Shown one piece after another: positions 1 through 8,841 of a stretch of 64,000 nucleotides of DNA. Position numbers and translations under genes: made by a program. The stretch's first letter is position 1; every line of letters begins with the position of its first letter. The DNA lies in the NCBI GenBank assembly GCA_963791815.1, contig CAWBTT010000004.1, forward strand, positions 130,215 to 194,214. The letters are read 5' to 3'. This DNA is from an uncultured Candidatus Micrarchaeota archaeon (GTDB lineage: Archaea; Micrarchaeota; Micrarchaeia; Anstonellales; Bilamarchaeaceae). The notes under the pieces were generated by a model. That model was not told the origin of the DNA. It saw only the letters and a list, made by a program, of their open reading frames with translations, and did no database searches.

Positions 1-93
1 CATGAAAAGATAGCAGAGCGCAGCACTAAAAGAATTGCGGTCAGGGCAGTGAAAAATGGGAAATTGTTTAATTATTGAAGGAGTTAGGATTCC

Positions 94-936
94 ATGAAAT
101 ATATTGCATTGTTTGTGGTTTTGCTGCTCTCTTTCGGATGCATCGGGAACCAGTACGATGATTACGAAGTGAGCCCCGGGATTGCCCCTGCACCTGAGGC
201 CTATGACGGCTCGGCATATGCCGTGAAAAACAGCCTGCAGTACTCTTCCGGCGCTCAGTACATGACGCAGGAGAGCTACATAAAGCTCAAGGTGGCCGAG
301 GGAAACCTGGAGAGCGGTTTCGCCATGATAAAGGGGAACCTGACCCTGCAGGGGGCCGAGCTTACTGACATCGACTACAGTGAGTACAGCGACAGGAAGC
401 AGTACACTGCGACGGTGAAGGTTGCCCCTTCGAAGTTCAACCAGATAAATGAGATGCTCAAAGGATTTGGAGAAGTGAAAGACATGTCAGTCAGCCTTGA
501 GGATGTCACCAAGCAGTACACTGACCTTGAGACCAGGATAAGGAACAAGGAAAACGAGCTTTCAAGATTGAACCAGCTCTACAACCAAAGCGAAAGCGTA
601 AGTGAGATTCTCGATGTTGAGAAGGAACTTACAAGGGTTGAGACCGAGCTTGAACTTCTCAAATCACAGAATGAGAGCCTCTCATCAAGAATTGCAAAAT
701 CAACAATCTCAGTCTCTGTTTATGAGGAGAAGGCGGCAACCCAGAGTTTGACTCTTCAGCTTGAGAATCTTGCTGCAATGTTCTTTGGAGCAGTGGCTGC
801 TGCAATAACATTGATTGTGGTGGCAATTGGATTCCTCCTCCCGGTGGGCGTACTTTTCGGAGTGCTCTGGTTTGGATACAAATTCGTGACTAGACCTCGA
901 AAGTCTTCGGCTTCCCGCTCTCGATCTCAACAATAA
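94..936 (+). CDS. envelope lipoprotein with DUF4349-like architecture
   Basis: Signal peptide ending in a lipobox-like Cys (MKYIALFVVLLLSFGC). Central coiled-coil-like E/L/K/S segment. C-terminal hydrophobic helices (AAMFFGAVAAAITLIVVAIGFLLPVGVLFGVLWF). Family assignment is from recalled domain architecture. Confidence 0.55.
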   Translation: MKYIALFVVLLLSFGCIGNQYDDYEVSPGIAPAPEAYDGSAYAVKNSLQYSSGAQYMTQESYIKLKVAEGNLESGFAMIKGNLTLQGAELTDIDYSEYSDRKQYTATVKVAPSKFNQINEMLKGFGEVKDMSVSLEDVTKQYTDLETRIRNKENELSRLNQLYNQSESVSEILDVEKELTRVETELELLKSQNESLSSRIAKSTISVSVYEEKAATQSLTLQLENLAAMFFGAVAAAITLIVVAIGFLLPVGVLFGVLWFGYKFVTRPRKSSASRSRSQQ

Positions 937-1216
937 GTTTTGTTGGTTTGTTTGAGGCCGGGAAAGTGAAGTCGACTGTCTGGCCTTTCCTTATTCTTTT
1001 TCTTTCGAATTTTATGGAATCGGAGCCAAAGCGCGCCTCGACTACTACTTTGTGCAGGTTGCGGTTTGCCATTACTGTGAGTGTGGTATTCTTGTCGGTA
1101 GTTTTCTTTTTGTAGCTGAAGGGTTTGTTGCGAAGAATCATGATTACTATTACTACTAGGAGAACCAGGACAAATGCCCCTATACAAACGCCAGCTACGG
1201 CGACATCATCACTCAT
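890..1216 (-). CDS. small single-pass membrane protein, function unknown
   Basis: N-terminal TM helix VAVAGVCIGAFVLVLLVVIVIMIL. Its ATG overlaps the stop of the upstream PIN gene (ATGA at 1213-1216). The 3' end overlaps the convergent ORF 94..936 by 47 nt. Confidence 0.4.
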   Translation of the reverse strand: MSDDVAVAGVCIGAFVLVLLVVIVIMILRNKPFSYKKKTTDKNTTLTVMANRNLHKVVVEARFGSDSIKFERKRIRKGQTVDFTFPASNKPTKLIVEIESGKPKTFEV

Positions 1217-1596
1217 ACGAATCCCAACTTTGACCTGGATTTAACTGTTGCAACTTTTATACCTAGCGGCCTCAGCCTTTTTCGGAGCGGCGCGTCGTTA
1301 GTACATACGATTGCACGGTTCTCATTTGCGTATTCTACAATCCAGTCATCGACTTTCCGGTCATTTTTTATTACATCAATAGGGTTGTTCTCGATTATTT
1401 TCAATGCGAGCCTTGCTGAAACCGCATCCTTCCCCCGTTTGGCTCCAAGTTTCTTGAGTTCGTCTATTGTGACTGATGAGACAACGAAAAAATGAGGGCC
1501 TTCTATCATGTAGTCTATTTCTTTTAGGATATTTATCTTGAACTGGAATGGAACAAGAAGGAAATTAGTGTCTAGAATAACCATCCTGGGAGGCAT
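1213..1596 (-). CDS. PIN-domain endoribonuclease, Fcf1/Utp24-like
   Basis: ILDTNFLL near the N-terminus and CTND..LRKRL near the C-terminus match the acidic PIN residues and the layout of archaeal Fcf1-type PIN proteins. Length 127 aa. Confidence 0.7.
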   Translation of the reverse strand: MPPRMVILDTNFLLVPFQFKINILKEIDYMIEGPHFFVVSSVTIDELKKLGAKRGKDAVSARLALKIIENNPIDVIKNDRKVDDWIVEYANENRAIVCTNDAPLRKRLRPLGIKVATVKSRSKLGFV

Positions 1597-1732
1597 ATAG
1601 TGGTAAATCTGGGCTAGTATAAAAGGGTTTGGGGGCCGGAATTGTGGGAGAATGTGTGAATAAAGGAGGGTTTATAAAGGTTTACACGTATAAATTCATA
1701 TAGCAACAACCTTGAGAGATGGTGAAAAAATT

Positions 1733-2416
1733 ATGGCAGAAATAGCTAAAGCAAAAGAAGAGAAGAAAGATGATGTTCGTACGGGTGGAGATGAGAAGAC
1801 TTCTGGTAGGAAGACACTCATGTCCAGATTTAGAAGGATGAAGGGACTTGTCGCAGGACTTGCGCTCGTAACCGGCATGTCACTCGCAGCAGCACAGGGA
1901 TGCGGCTCAGATGATAATGGAGTAGTTCCTTTGCCAGATGCCAGCCTTGATGCAGGCCCAGATTCTGATACTAACACTGATGGCGGAGATGGAGGAGGCC
2001 CAACAGACGCAGGACCTGACACAGACAGTGGTCCAGACGTTGACGCAGGCGACTTGGACTCTGGCCTTGATGGTGGAGAAACTGATTCAGGCACTGGTGA
2101 TGGAGGTTCTGACGCAGGACCAGCAACATGTTCAGGCGCAACAACTGGCGGTGTATTAGGAACACCATTCTATCCAGGAATTCCAGTAACAGTAGGCGGA
2201 TATGCAATTACTGTAACCGGTGAATCTTCAGACGGAGTTTATGTAGACATTGACTGCGGCTCTGACAGCGCATCTGTAGCAGTTGGCTTTAACTGCCCAG
2301 AGCAGACTAACGTTACAATCCCAGTCACAGCAGATGGAATGGAGATTAGGATTTGGAATGCAAGCAGCAGCTCATTCGTAGCAAACATGAATGTAACTGT
2401 TGCAGTTTCACCTTAG
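1733..2416 (+). CDS. secreted or lipid-anchored Asp/Gly/Pro-rich protein
   Basis: RFRRMKGLVAGLALVTGMSLAAAQGC is a basic n-region, hydrophobic core and lipobox-like Cys. It is followed by a D/G/P/T low-complexity linker and a C-terminal beta-rich domain. The ORF opens at TTG 1712; ATG 1733 or ATG 1820 are more likely starts. Confidence 0.5.
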   Translation: MAEIAKAKEEKKDDVRTGGDEKTSGRKTLMSRFRRMKGLVAGLALVTGMSLAAAQGCGSDDNGVVPLPDASLDAGPDSDTNTDGGDGGGPTDAGPDTDSGPDVDAGDLDSGLDGGETDSGTGDGGSDAGPATCSGATTGGVLGTPFYPGIPVTVGGYAITVTGESSDGVYVDIDCGSDSASVAVGFNCPEQTNVTIPVTADGMEIRIWNASSSSFVANMNVTVAVSP

Positions 2417-2808
2417 TCTTTCAAGCCAAGTACTTCTTTTGCTTTTTCCATATCTTTTTCTGTAGGTCGGATTGCGACTTCAGTGAAGTCGTTCTTCCTA
2501 CTGACGATATAGAGGCTTTCGAGGTTGACACCGCGGTTTGCAAGCTTGCGGGTCATCTTTGCAAGTTCACCTGGACGGTTATTCATTTTGAAAACAAGAG
2601 TATCTGCTTCCTCGACTTTGACGTTTGAGAGTCTTGAGAGGGATTTTAGGGATGTCGAAACATCGCCAGTAATGATTCTGAATACTGCTTTTCCTTCAGC
2701 ACCATATGCGGAAATGGCTTCTATGTTGACTCCTGTCGAACCAAGCGCTTCGGCTACCTTGGCAAGAGAACCCACATCATTGTCTGCTATCACTAATATC
2801 TCTTTCAT
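2413..2808 (-). CDS. tandem ACT-domain protein
   Basis: Two repeats of the ACT pattern (ILVIADNDVGSLAKVAEALGSTGVNIEAI and LVFKMNNRPGELAKMTRKLANRGVNLESL). Start placed at MKEILV (ATG 2808). Confidence 0.6.
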   Translation of the reverse strand: MKEILVIADNDVGSLAKVAEALGSTGVNIEAISAYGAEGKAVFRIITGDVSTSLKSLSRLSNVKVEEADTLVFKMNNRPGELAKMTRKLANRGVNLESLYIVSRKNDFTEVAIRPTEKDMEKAKEVLGLKD

Positions 2809-2870
2809 TGATACCACGAATAGGATTAGCTGCCGAAGCTTAAATAAGATTGCCATGAGAAATTGATTAT

Positions 2871-3185
2871 ATGGTTAGAAAAGAAGAAATCCTGGAGAAA
2901 CTTTCCCAGGTCATAGACCCTGAACTCGGCCTTAATATCGTCGATTTGGGGCTTATTTATGAAATTGACATTAAAGAAAAGAAAAAAGATGAATTGCAAA
3001 AAGTATTTATCAAAATGACATTTACAACGCCTGCATGCCCGCTTATGGGAGAAATGATTGAAGAGGTTAAACGCAAGCTGGATGAACTTCCGGAACTTGA
3101 TATTGAAGTAAACATAGTCTTCGAGCCTCTTTGGAAACCAGAAATGATGAGCGAACGAGCAAAGGCGAAATTGGGAATAATATGA
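2871..3185 (+). CDS. Fe-S assembly protein, MIP18/DUF59 (SufT-like)
   Basis: VIDPELGLNIVDLGLIY and MTFTTPACPL motifs are typical of DUF59. Length 104 aa. Confidence 0.7.
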   Translation: MVRKEEILEKLSQVIDPELGLNIVDLGLIYEIDIKEKKKDELQKVFIKMTFTTPACPLMGEMIEEVKRKLDELPELDIEVNIVFEPLWKPEMMSERAKAKLGII

Positions 3186-4480
3186 AATTAACATTTTACG
3201 GAGGTACGCAGGAAGTTGGCCGTGCGTGCATGCTCCTTGAAGACGGGCCAAAGAACATAATGCTTGATTGCGGAATCAAGCTTGGAGAAAAAACAGAATA
3301 CCCTCTCATTAAAGATGAGGATTTGTTGGGTGTGCAGAATGTGACAATATCTCACGCACATCTTGACCATTGCGGCTATTTGCCAAGGTTTTACGCCAAA
3401 AAGGCGAGGCCGAAGATATTTCTGACAAAACCGACAAGGGACCTGATGGGTGTTTTGCTCTCGGATTTCTACAGGATAATGAAACTGAAGGGTGAGAAGC
3501 CCATATTCACCCTCAAGGACATTGAGGGGGTGATGCGCGAGGCTCACATGTGCGAATACAGGGAACCTGCGAACAATGAATTTAGGAGCATATTCTTCCC
3601 TGCAGGGCACATAATGGGAAGCGCGATAACCTCAGTTGAGCGGTATGGAAAACGAGTAGTTTTCAGCGGAGACATCTGCATGCGCAAGACCAGGGTGCTG
3701 GATGCTTGTGAAAAGAATCTGAGCGCCAATACGCTTATTGTTGAAAGCACATATGGGGGCAAGGATGACAGTCTGCCAAGCTACAAGGAAAGCTATCAGA
3801 AAATGGTCAAAACCATCAACAGGACATTGGACCGCGGCGGGCATGTAGTAATACCAAGTTTCGCAGTTGGCAGGGCTCAGGAAGTCCTCATGGCTTTAGA
3901 TGATTATATGCGCTCAGGCTCGCTGCGGCCTGCCAAAATCTACATAGAAGGCATGATAGGCAAGGCAATGAAGATTTACCGGCACAACGCTATTTACGCC
4001 AATGATGACATCAAAAGAAGAATCCTCATGAGTGAGGATGACCCTTTCAAGAGCCCCAATTTCTACAAATCAAGGTCAAAGACAAGGGAGGATGTTCTTG
4101 AAGAGCCTTCAATCATAGTAACCACTTCTGGGATGCTGAGCGGAGGGCCTGTGATGTTCTATCTTGAGAAGCTTGGCCCAGACCCCAAGAACACCCTTAT
4201 TTTCGTCGGGTACCAGGCCGAAGGAACACTTGGCAACAAGGTCCAGAACGGGCAGAAGGAAATACGGATTGGAGAGAAAGAGATCAAGCTGAGAATGGAA
4301 ATTGATAGTGTCAAGATATCCGGCCACGCAGATTTCAATGAGCTTCTCCAGTTCATAAAGTCGTTCAAGGGACTGCGAAAAGTTTTCCTTATGCACGGGG
4401 AGAAAACTGACCTGAAGGATTATCTTGAAGATGACTATGAGGTAATAGTGCCTAAACAGCTAGAAACTCACAACATCTAA
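3182..4480 (+). CDS. beta-CASP metallo-beta-lactamase-fold ribonuclease (aCPSF2/RNase J-like)
   Basis: MKLTFYGGTQEVGRAC start, HAHLDHCG metal motif, and C-terminal ISGHADFNEL and LMHGE motifs. ATG 3182 overlaps the stop of the preceding gene (ATGA). Confidence 0.7.
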   Translation: MKLTFYGGTQEVGRACMLLEDGPKNIMLDCGIKLGEKTEYPLIKDEDLLGVQNVTISHAHLDHCGYLPRFYAKKARPKIFLTKPTRDLMGVLLSDFYRIMKLKGEKPIFTLKDIEGVMREAHMCEYREPANNEFRSIFFPAGHIMGSAITSVERYGKRVVFSGDICMRKTRVLDACEKNLSANTLIVESTYGGKDDSLPSYKESYQKMVKTINRTLDRGGHVVIPSFAVGRAQEVLMALDDYMRSGSLRPAKIYIEGMIGKAMKIYRHNAIYANDDIKRRILMSEDDPFKSPNFYKSRSKTREDVLEEPSIIVTTSGMLSGGPVMFYLEKLGPDPKNTLIFVGYQAEGTLGNKVQNGQKEIRIGEKEIKLRMEIDSVKISGHADFNELLQFIKSFKGLRKVFLMHGEKTDLKDYLEDDYEVIVPKQLETHNI

Positions 4481-4506
4481 TTAGAAAAATAGAGAAAAAG
4501 AAAAAA

Positions 4507-6594
4507 CTAGGAGTACTCCCAGCAGTCAGGTTCAAGTATGCTGAATGGAAGCGAGCAGCTGTGCGATGAATCGCCATCAACATACGCGTATATGGTTCCA
4601 GACTGGTATGGCTCCCCGGTGATATTGTAGTATGTTCCTGAGTCTGTTCCTCCCGAGACCCCCACATAGCCTGAGGCCGACCAGGTCACGTTTGCACATG
4701 GCTGATCAGCGTCCGGCCCGCAGTTGATGTTGACCCATCCGAATGCACCAGGATAAGCGCTGAATGCCCCATCCCCGATGGTACACCATTCGCTTGAGCC
4801 ATCGTCGTCATCATCGTCATCAGAGCCGTTGTCATCGCCTCCGTCGCCTATTTCAATCGGCGCAAGTGCGATTGCTCCAAGAATCGGGTCGTCTGCAGGG
4901 TTGTTCCAGTAGGCATAGCCAAGGAGGTTCCCTGTGCTGTTTGCGCCTGCTGTGAATGTTGTACCGTCAGTGCTTGAGTTGCCTGTCGAGCCGAGAAGGC
5001 CGTCTATGTTGTCATAGTCAGCATCATCCGGAGTGGACGGGTTTCCATCTTCGAAACAGTTGAGTTCGAAATATTCAGACTCGCCAGTTTCCATCGAAGC
5101 GCTTGGCGGGACGAACTCGCACTCATAGTGAATTGGAGTTGTCACAGAAACATCCGAAAGGCAGTGCGCTATTCCTGACTCGTAGTTCATCGTCCCGGTT
5201 GTGCCTGGAGATGAGGTTGGATAGGCAATTGCGTGCGTATTGTCCCTCTCGATGAATCCGCCTGAGATTGCGTCCCAGTACCAGTTGTTTCCAACACATG
5301 ATATTGGGTCTCCTGCAAGGTCCTCGCAAGCGACCTCGAACTCCGCTACTTCGAGTGTTCCAAGGTTAAGTGAGCTTGGGTCGATTTCGCATGTGATTGC
5401 ACCAGTAAGCGAAACTGAGTCACTGCACGATGAGGCGCCGCCGCATGCAGATGAGACTGTTGAGGCTGAGAAAGATAGTACTGTTCCGCCGGATGCTCCG
5501 GGGTTTCTCTGGACAAGAACGTATAGGTCCTTGTTTCCTCCTGGACCGATAGATTCACCGAATCCGTTGGAGCTTGGACAGTCTGAAGGCAGGAATCCCA
5601 GAGTAGTACTGCAAAGTGAGACTGGAAGCGGGTCAACATCATAGTCAAGGTTTGAGCCTGTGACGCCATTGATGGTGATGTGGTCTCCGCTGTTATGCTC
5701 TCTGACGATGACCATCATTAGGTCTTCATCAATTAATGATTTTTTGGCAGTCACTGAAACCTCGTTGAAGTTGCAGCTTCCACCTGCATCCTGGACTGTA
5801 AGTGATATCGTGTCAGTAGCAATTGACGGGCCTATTAAAGGCTGATTATCTGTGAAGTAATATAGCCTGAACCAGAGTGAGCTTGTTTTCTGAAGCGGGT
5901 TCTTTGCCAAAGCAGCAATACAATCGACATCCTGGAGCCTTGTTTTTACCTGGTATGAGCCAGAAGAACTCACTGTGAATGATGGCGAGGGAATCGAAGG
6001 CATGGCCGAGCTTCCGCCAGGAACAACGCTACCTCCACCAAGGACCTGATAGGTTCCTTTACAGAACACATTGCCCTCACCTCTGCGGTTGGCAAAGGTT
6101 CCGCTCAAGTTATGATAAGTCACTGGCTGGTAATGAAACGTTGCCAAATCATCATACCTTGATGTGTCCTGTGTCAATAGATTGCCATCACCAAATGTAT
6201 TATGATCAGTGTACTGCGACGATGTAATCCATTTGATATTCCTGTTAGTATTTGTAGTTGAATAACTGATAAATGTCGGACATCCACCTGTCGGACACTC
6301 TGGGAATAAGGAATCGATATCCAAACTTGATACTGCCCATTTGGAGTTCACTGACGGGTTGACATTGAGCGTTGCGCCACTGCAGATGACATCCCCGGTC
6401 TGGAGATTACTCGGATTTCCGCTAACGACATCGCCTGAACTGGATGCGCTCAAAGTGAAGTCAGTAGTGAACTGCATGTTGGTGTTGAAGTGATAAGGCT
6501 CACCAACATAGTTCTGGAAATTTCCAGGGACACTAGTAGCGAACGCAAATGCGCCAAAAAAAATCAAGATTGAAAAGAGTGTTTTGTACATCAT
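4507..6594 (-). CDS. secreted Cys-rich Ser/Thr/Gly/Asn/Asp-rich surface protein (orphan)
   Basis: Canonical signal peptide MMYKTLFSILIFFGAFAFATS, preceded by GAGGT 4 nt upstream of ATG 6594. Repeated Cys-bracketed beta-like modules and a poly-Asp tract (DDDDDDD). The ORF opens further upstream and overlaps the stop of gene 6602..8578. Confidence 0.6.
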   Translation of the reverse strand: MMYKTLFSILIFFGAFAFATSVPGNFQNYVGEPYHFNTNMQFTTDFTLSASSSGDVVSGNPSNLQTGDVICSGATLNVNPSVNSKWAVSSLDIDSLFPECPTGGCPTFISYSTTNTNRNIKWITSSQYTDHNTFGDGNLLTQDTSRYDDLATFHYQPVTYHNLSGTFANRRGEGNVFCKGTYQVLGGGSVVPGGSSAMPSIPSPSFTVSSSGSYQVKTRLQDVDCIAALAKNPLQKTSSLWFRLYYFTDNQPLIGPSIATDTISLTVQDAGGSCNFNEVSVTAKKSLIDEDLMMVIVREHNSGDHITINGVTGSNLDYDVDPLPVSLCSTTLGFLPSDCPSSNGFGESIGPGGNKDLYVLVQRNPGASGGTVLSFSASTVSSACGGASSCSDSVSLTGAITCEIDPSSLNLGTLEVAEFEVACEDLAGDPISCVGNNWYWDAISGGFIERDNTHAIAYPTSSPGTTGTMNYESGIAHCLSDVSVTTPIHYECEFVPPSASMETGESEYFELNCFEDGNPSTPDDADYDNIDGLLGSTGNSSTDGTTFTAGANSTGNLLGYAYWNNPADDPILGAIALAPIEIGDGGDDNGSDDDDDDDGSSEWCTIGDGAFSAYPGAFGWVNINCGPDADQPCANVTWSASGYVGVSGGTDSGTYYNITGEPYQSGTIYAYVDGDSSHSCSLPFSILEPDCWEYS

Positions 6595-6601
6595 AAAAAC
6601 C

Positions 6602-8578
6602 TCATTCATCCTCAGTTCTTCTCGGGGTAGCCCTTCGAACTGAACCCTCGGTTGGCGATGGCCTGAAGAACTCTCCAATGTTGAACTGAAGGTTCAGTCC
6701 ACCGAATGGAGTTCCTGGAAGCCTGTCGACTTCCTCTCCGCCGACCTCGCCAAGGTATCCTCCGCGAAGGTCCACCTGGAACATTCTGCGGTATGAGTAG
6801 CCAAGTCCGAGATAGCCCTCAAATGTGTGGACCGTGTTCCCGAAGTTGTAATCATACCTAAGGCCAGGGCCCGCAAAGAAGCGGTGCTGGCCTTCCTCAC
6901 CAGCATAAACTGAAAGGTTGAGCGGTCTAATGTCCCCGCCTACCCTGTGCTGCCTGAGGAAGTATGAGTACTGTGGCGTGATTGTTGACTGGAGTCTTAC
7001 ACGGTTCCCTTCCATCCAGTTGCCCTCCATTGTTATGTAGGCAAGGGGATTCATGAGTACTCCGGTTGTGTCTCCTCCTGGTGCCTGCTCAAGCGTTGGA
7101 ACCACGCCAAGACCGACCCTTGAGAGCCTGACTATTCCGCGGTTTCCTTCTTGGCCTGGGAATCTGACTTCAACGCTTGTCAAACCAAGCATCGCACCGG
7201 AATCTCCGACTTCAAGCGTTTCGGTTGAGCCGTCTGTCATTGCAACTTGCCCTGACATGCTCCACTCCTGATGCGGAATCACTGTTGCGCCAATCACGAT
7301 TTCCATTGGTACTGCCCAGCTCTCTCCGCCGACACCTGTACCGATTGCAATTTCTGGCCTCAAACCAACTGAATGGCCGGTGCCAGAAAGCCTTGTCCTT
7401 CCGACGGTTCTAAGTTCCTGAGTCTGCGGGTCGACCTGAAGCTGCTGGAGCTGTCCGCTCATTGCAAGGTATTCATAGTACAATCCAAGTGAAGTCCAGA
7501 TGAACCTCGGCTCAAAGCCGCCATGCCGTGTTCCTCTCATATACTCCTGGAACGCCTGCATGTTCTGGTCGAACTCGTATCGGACCGTTACTCCTGCTCT
7601 GAAAATCGCGACTGCCCTCTGGTTAACTGAAATGACATAGAGGTTGTTCAGCGACTGGAAAATACTGTTTAGGGTTGACTCACCAGCAAGTGACTGAAGA
7701 CCGCCTGAGAGGTCTCCTGACTGCAATTTTCTCATCGCATCCTGGAACCCTGGCCTCTGCCAGATTTCTCTCTCAGATGGAATCGCGCTCAGCGCGTTGA
7801 AAAGCGCTGTCGCAGCCGTCCTCAGTGCTGCTGCATCATTTGGATGGTTTGCAAGTACTGCGTAACCATTTGCAATTGCGTTGACACCTGCCTGTGCTGC
7901 TGCCTGATCCCCAAAAATCGCGCTCATCTCAAGACCCGGAGTCGCGTTGATTGCAACGACTGATTCCTGGCTGCCACGGCTCAGCAGTGTAATGTTACCA
8001 AGGTCATGCATTGGCACTTCAATAATTGGAAGCGCGGTTGCCCTTGCCGCTTCGTCAACTTCCCTTGGGCCTGTCTGGGCGTCTGTTGAGACACCTTCAG
8101 TCACGCCAAGAAGAGCTGTAAGCATAGCAAGATGAGAAGCGAATTCGCTGTATCCCTCTTCGTCAGCTGATGCCCCTCTGCTAATCCTCTGGAGCATTGT
8201 CCTGAATGCGGTTGCATTGTCTCCAAGAGCTGCTGCATCCTGCGGCTGAAGTTCCTGAAGCCTCTGCAGTGAAGCAACAAGTGCCCTCTGGGCATAGCCA
8301 AGTGCGCCTTCGCGTCCTTCGCCTTCTCCAAGCCTCACGATTGCCTGATCATAAACCCTCCTCATAGGGTCGCTTTCAGCCGGCCGCCCACCAAGAAGAA
8401 CCTGGTGAATCTGCGCGATTCTGAGCGAGTTGTTCACCGAAGCTCTCGCTGTCGGTGCCCTTGACGGATGGGTAGGCCTGTCTGTCCTACCTGCAATAAT
8501 GTCCAAAAATCCTACTAACTGGTCTGCTGAATAGAGACCCTGTGATTCAGTCGGTGTTTCCCGTTGCGCCTGTGCCAT
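6602..8578 (-). CDS. orphan 658-aa protein: helical N-terminal half, beta-strand-rich porin-like C-terminal half
   Basis: Long ORF with GGGGTGA 6 nt upstream of the ATG. Only one Lys in 658 residues. The C-terminal ~300 aa are alternating amphipathic Gly/aromatic-rich strands ending in GGLNLQFNIGEFF. No family recognised. Confidence 0.6.
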   Translation of the reverse strand: MAQAQRETPTESQGLYSADQLVGFLDIIAGRTDRPTHPSRAPTARASVNNSLRIAQIHQVLLGGRPAESDPMRRVYDQAIVRLGEGEGREGALGYAQRALVASLQRLQELQPQDAAALGDNATAFRTMLQRISRGASADEEGYSEFASHLAMLTALLGVTEGVSTDAQTGPREVDEAARATALPIIEVPMHDLGNITLLSRGSQESVVAINATPGLEMSAIFGDQAAAQAGVNAIANGYAVLANHPNDAAALRTAATALFNALSAIPSEREIWQRPGFQDAMRKLQSGDLSGGLQSLAGESTLNSIFQSLNNLYVISVNQRAVAIFRAGVTVRYEFDQNMQAFQEYMRGTRHGGFEPRFIWTSLGLYYEYLAMSGQLQQLQVDPQTQELRTVGRTRLSGTGHSVGLRPEIAIGTGVGGESWAVPMEIVIGATVIPHQEWSMSGQVAMTDGSTETLEVGDSGAMLGLTSVEVRFPGQEGNRGIVRLSRVGLGVVPTLEQAPGGDTTGVLMNPLAYITMEGNWMEGNRVRLQSTITPQYSYFLRQHRVGGDIRPLNLSVYAGEEGQHRFFAGPGLRYDYNFGNTVHTFEGYLGLGYSYRRMFQVDLRGGYLGEVGGEEVDRLPGTPFGGLNLQFNIGEFFRPSPTEGSVRRATPRRTEDE

Positions 8579-8584
8579 TTTTAG

Positions 8585-8740
8585 TCACCCCAAAGTGAAT
8601 GCTAATGGTATAGGAGCCTCGAACTTTAAAATATGCTCCGGTGACGCAACAAGAGCCGCCAGACCAAATGCCGCTGCCGCGCAAACCTTCTTTGCCCGCG
8701 TGACAATCCCATTTCGTTTTTCATTGTGTCTGAGTTTCAC
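8585..8740 (-). CDS. candidate 51-aa membrane or secreted peptide
   Basis: GTG start 7 nt downstream of a perfect AGGAGGT. Translation: (M)KLRHNEKRNGIVTRAKKVCAAAAFGLAALVASPEHILKFEAPIPLAFTLG. The stop lies 6 nt before the ATG of gene 6602..8578. Below the ORF-track size cutoff. Confidence 0.35.
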   Translation of the reverse strand: MKLRHNEKRNGIVTRAKKVCAAAAFGLAALVASPEHILKFEAPIPLAFTLG

Positions 8741-8786
8741 TTGTCATACCTCCTTCTGTCCTTGAGCGAATTGCCCAAGCTGTTTT

Positions 8787-8806
8787 ACAGGGGAGAAATC
8801 CCCTGT
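8787..8806 (-). promoter_or_regulatory. perfect 8-bp stem / 4-nt loop hairpin in the intercistronic spacer
   Basis: acagggga-gaaa-tcccctgt lies 36 nt downstream of the stop of the 1335-aa gene and upstream of the small ORF. Function unknown. Confidence 0.3.
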
Positions 8807-8841
8807 TCCATCCACCCTTGTTTTAGTATAAAAAAGAAATA

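Noticed and set aside
2826-3251. A 141-aa minus-strand ORF spanning the ACT/SufT intergenic region.
   Set aside because: It overlaps the well-supported DUF59 gene on the opposite strand. Its composition is Phe/Cys/His-rich and implausible.
4797-4830. The GAT/GAC-rich tract as a DNA microsatellite.
   Set aside because: It is the coding sequence of a poly-Asp run (DDDDDDD) with mixed codons inside the secreted protein, not a pure nucleotide repeat.
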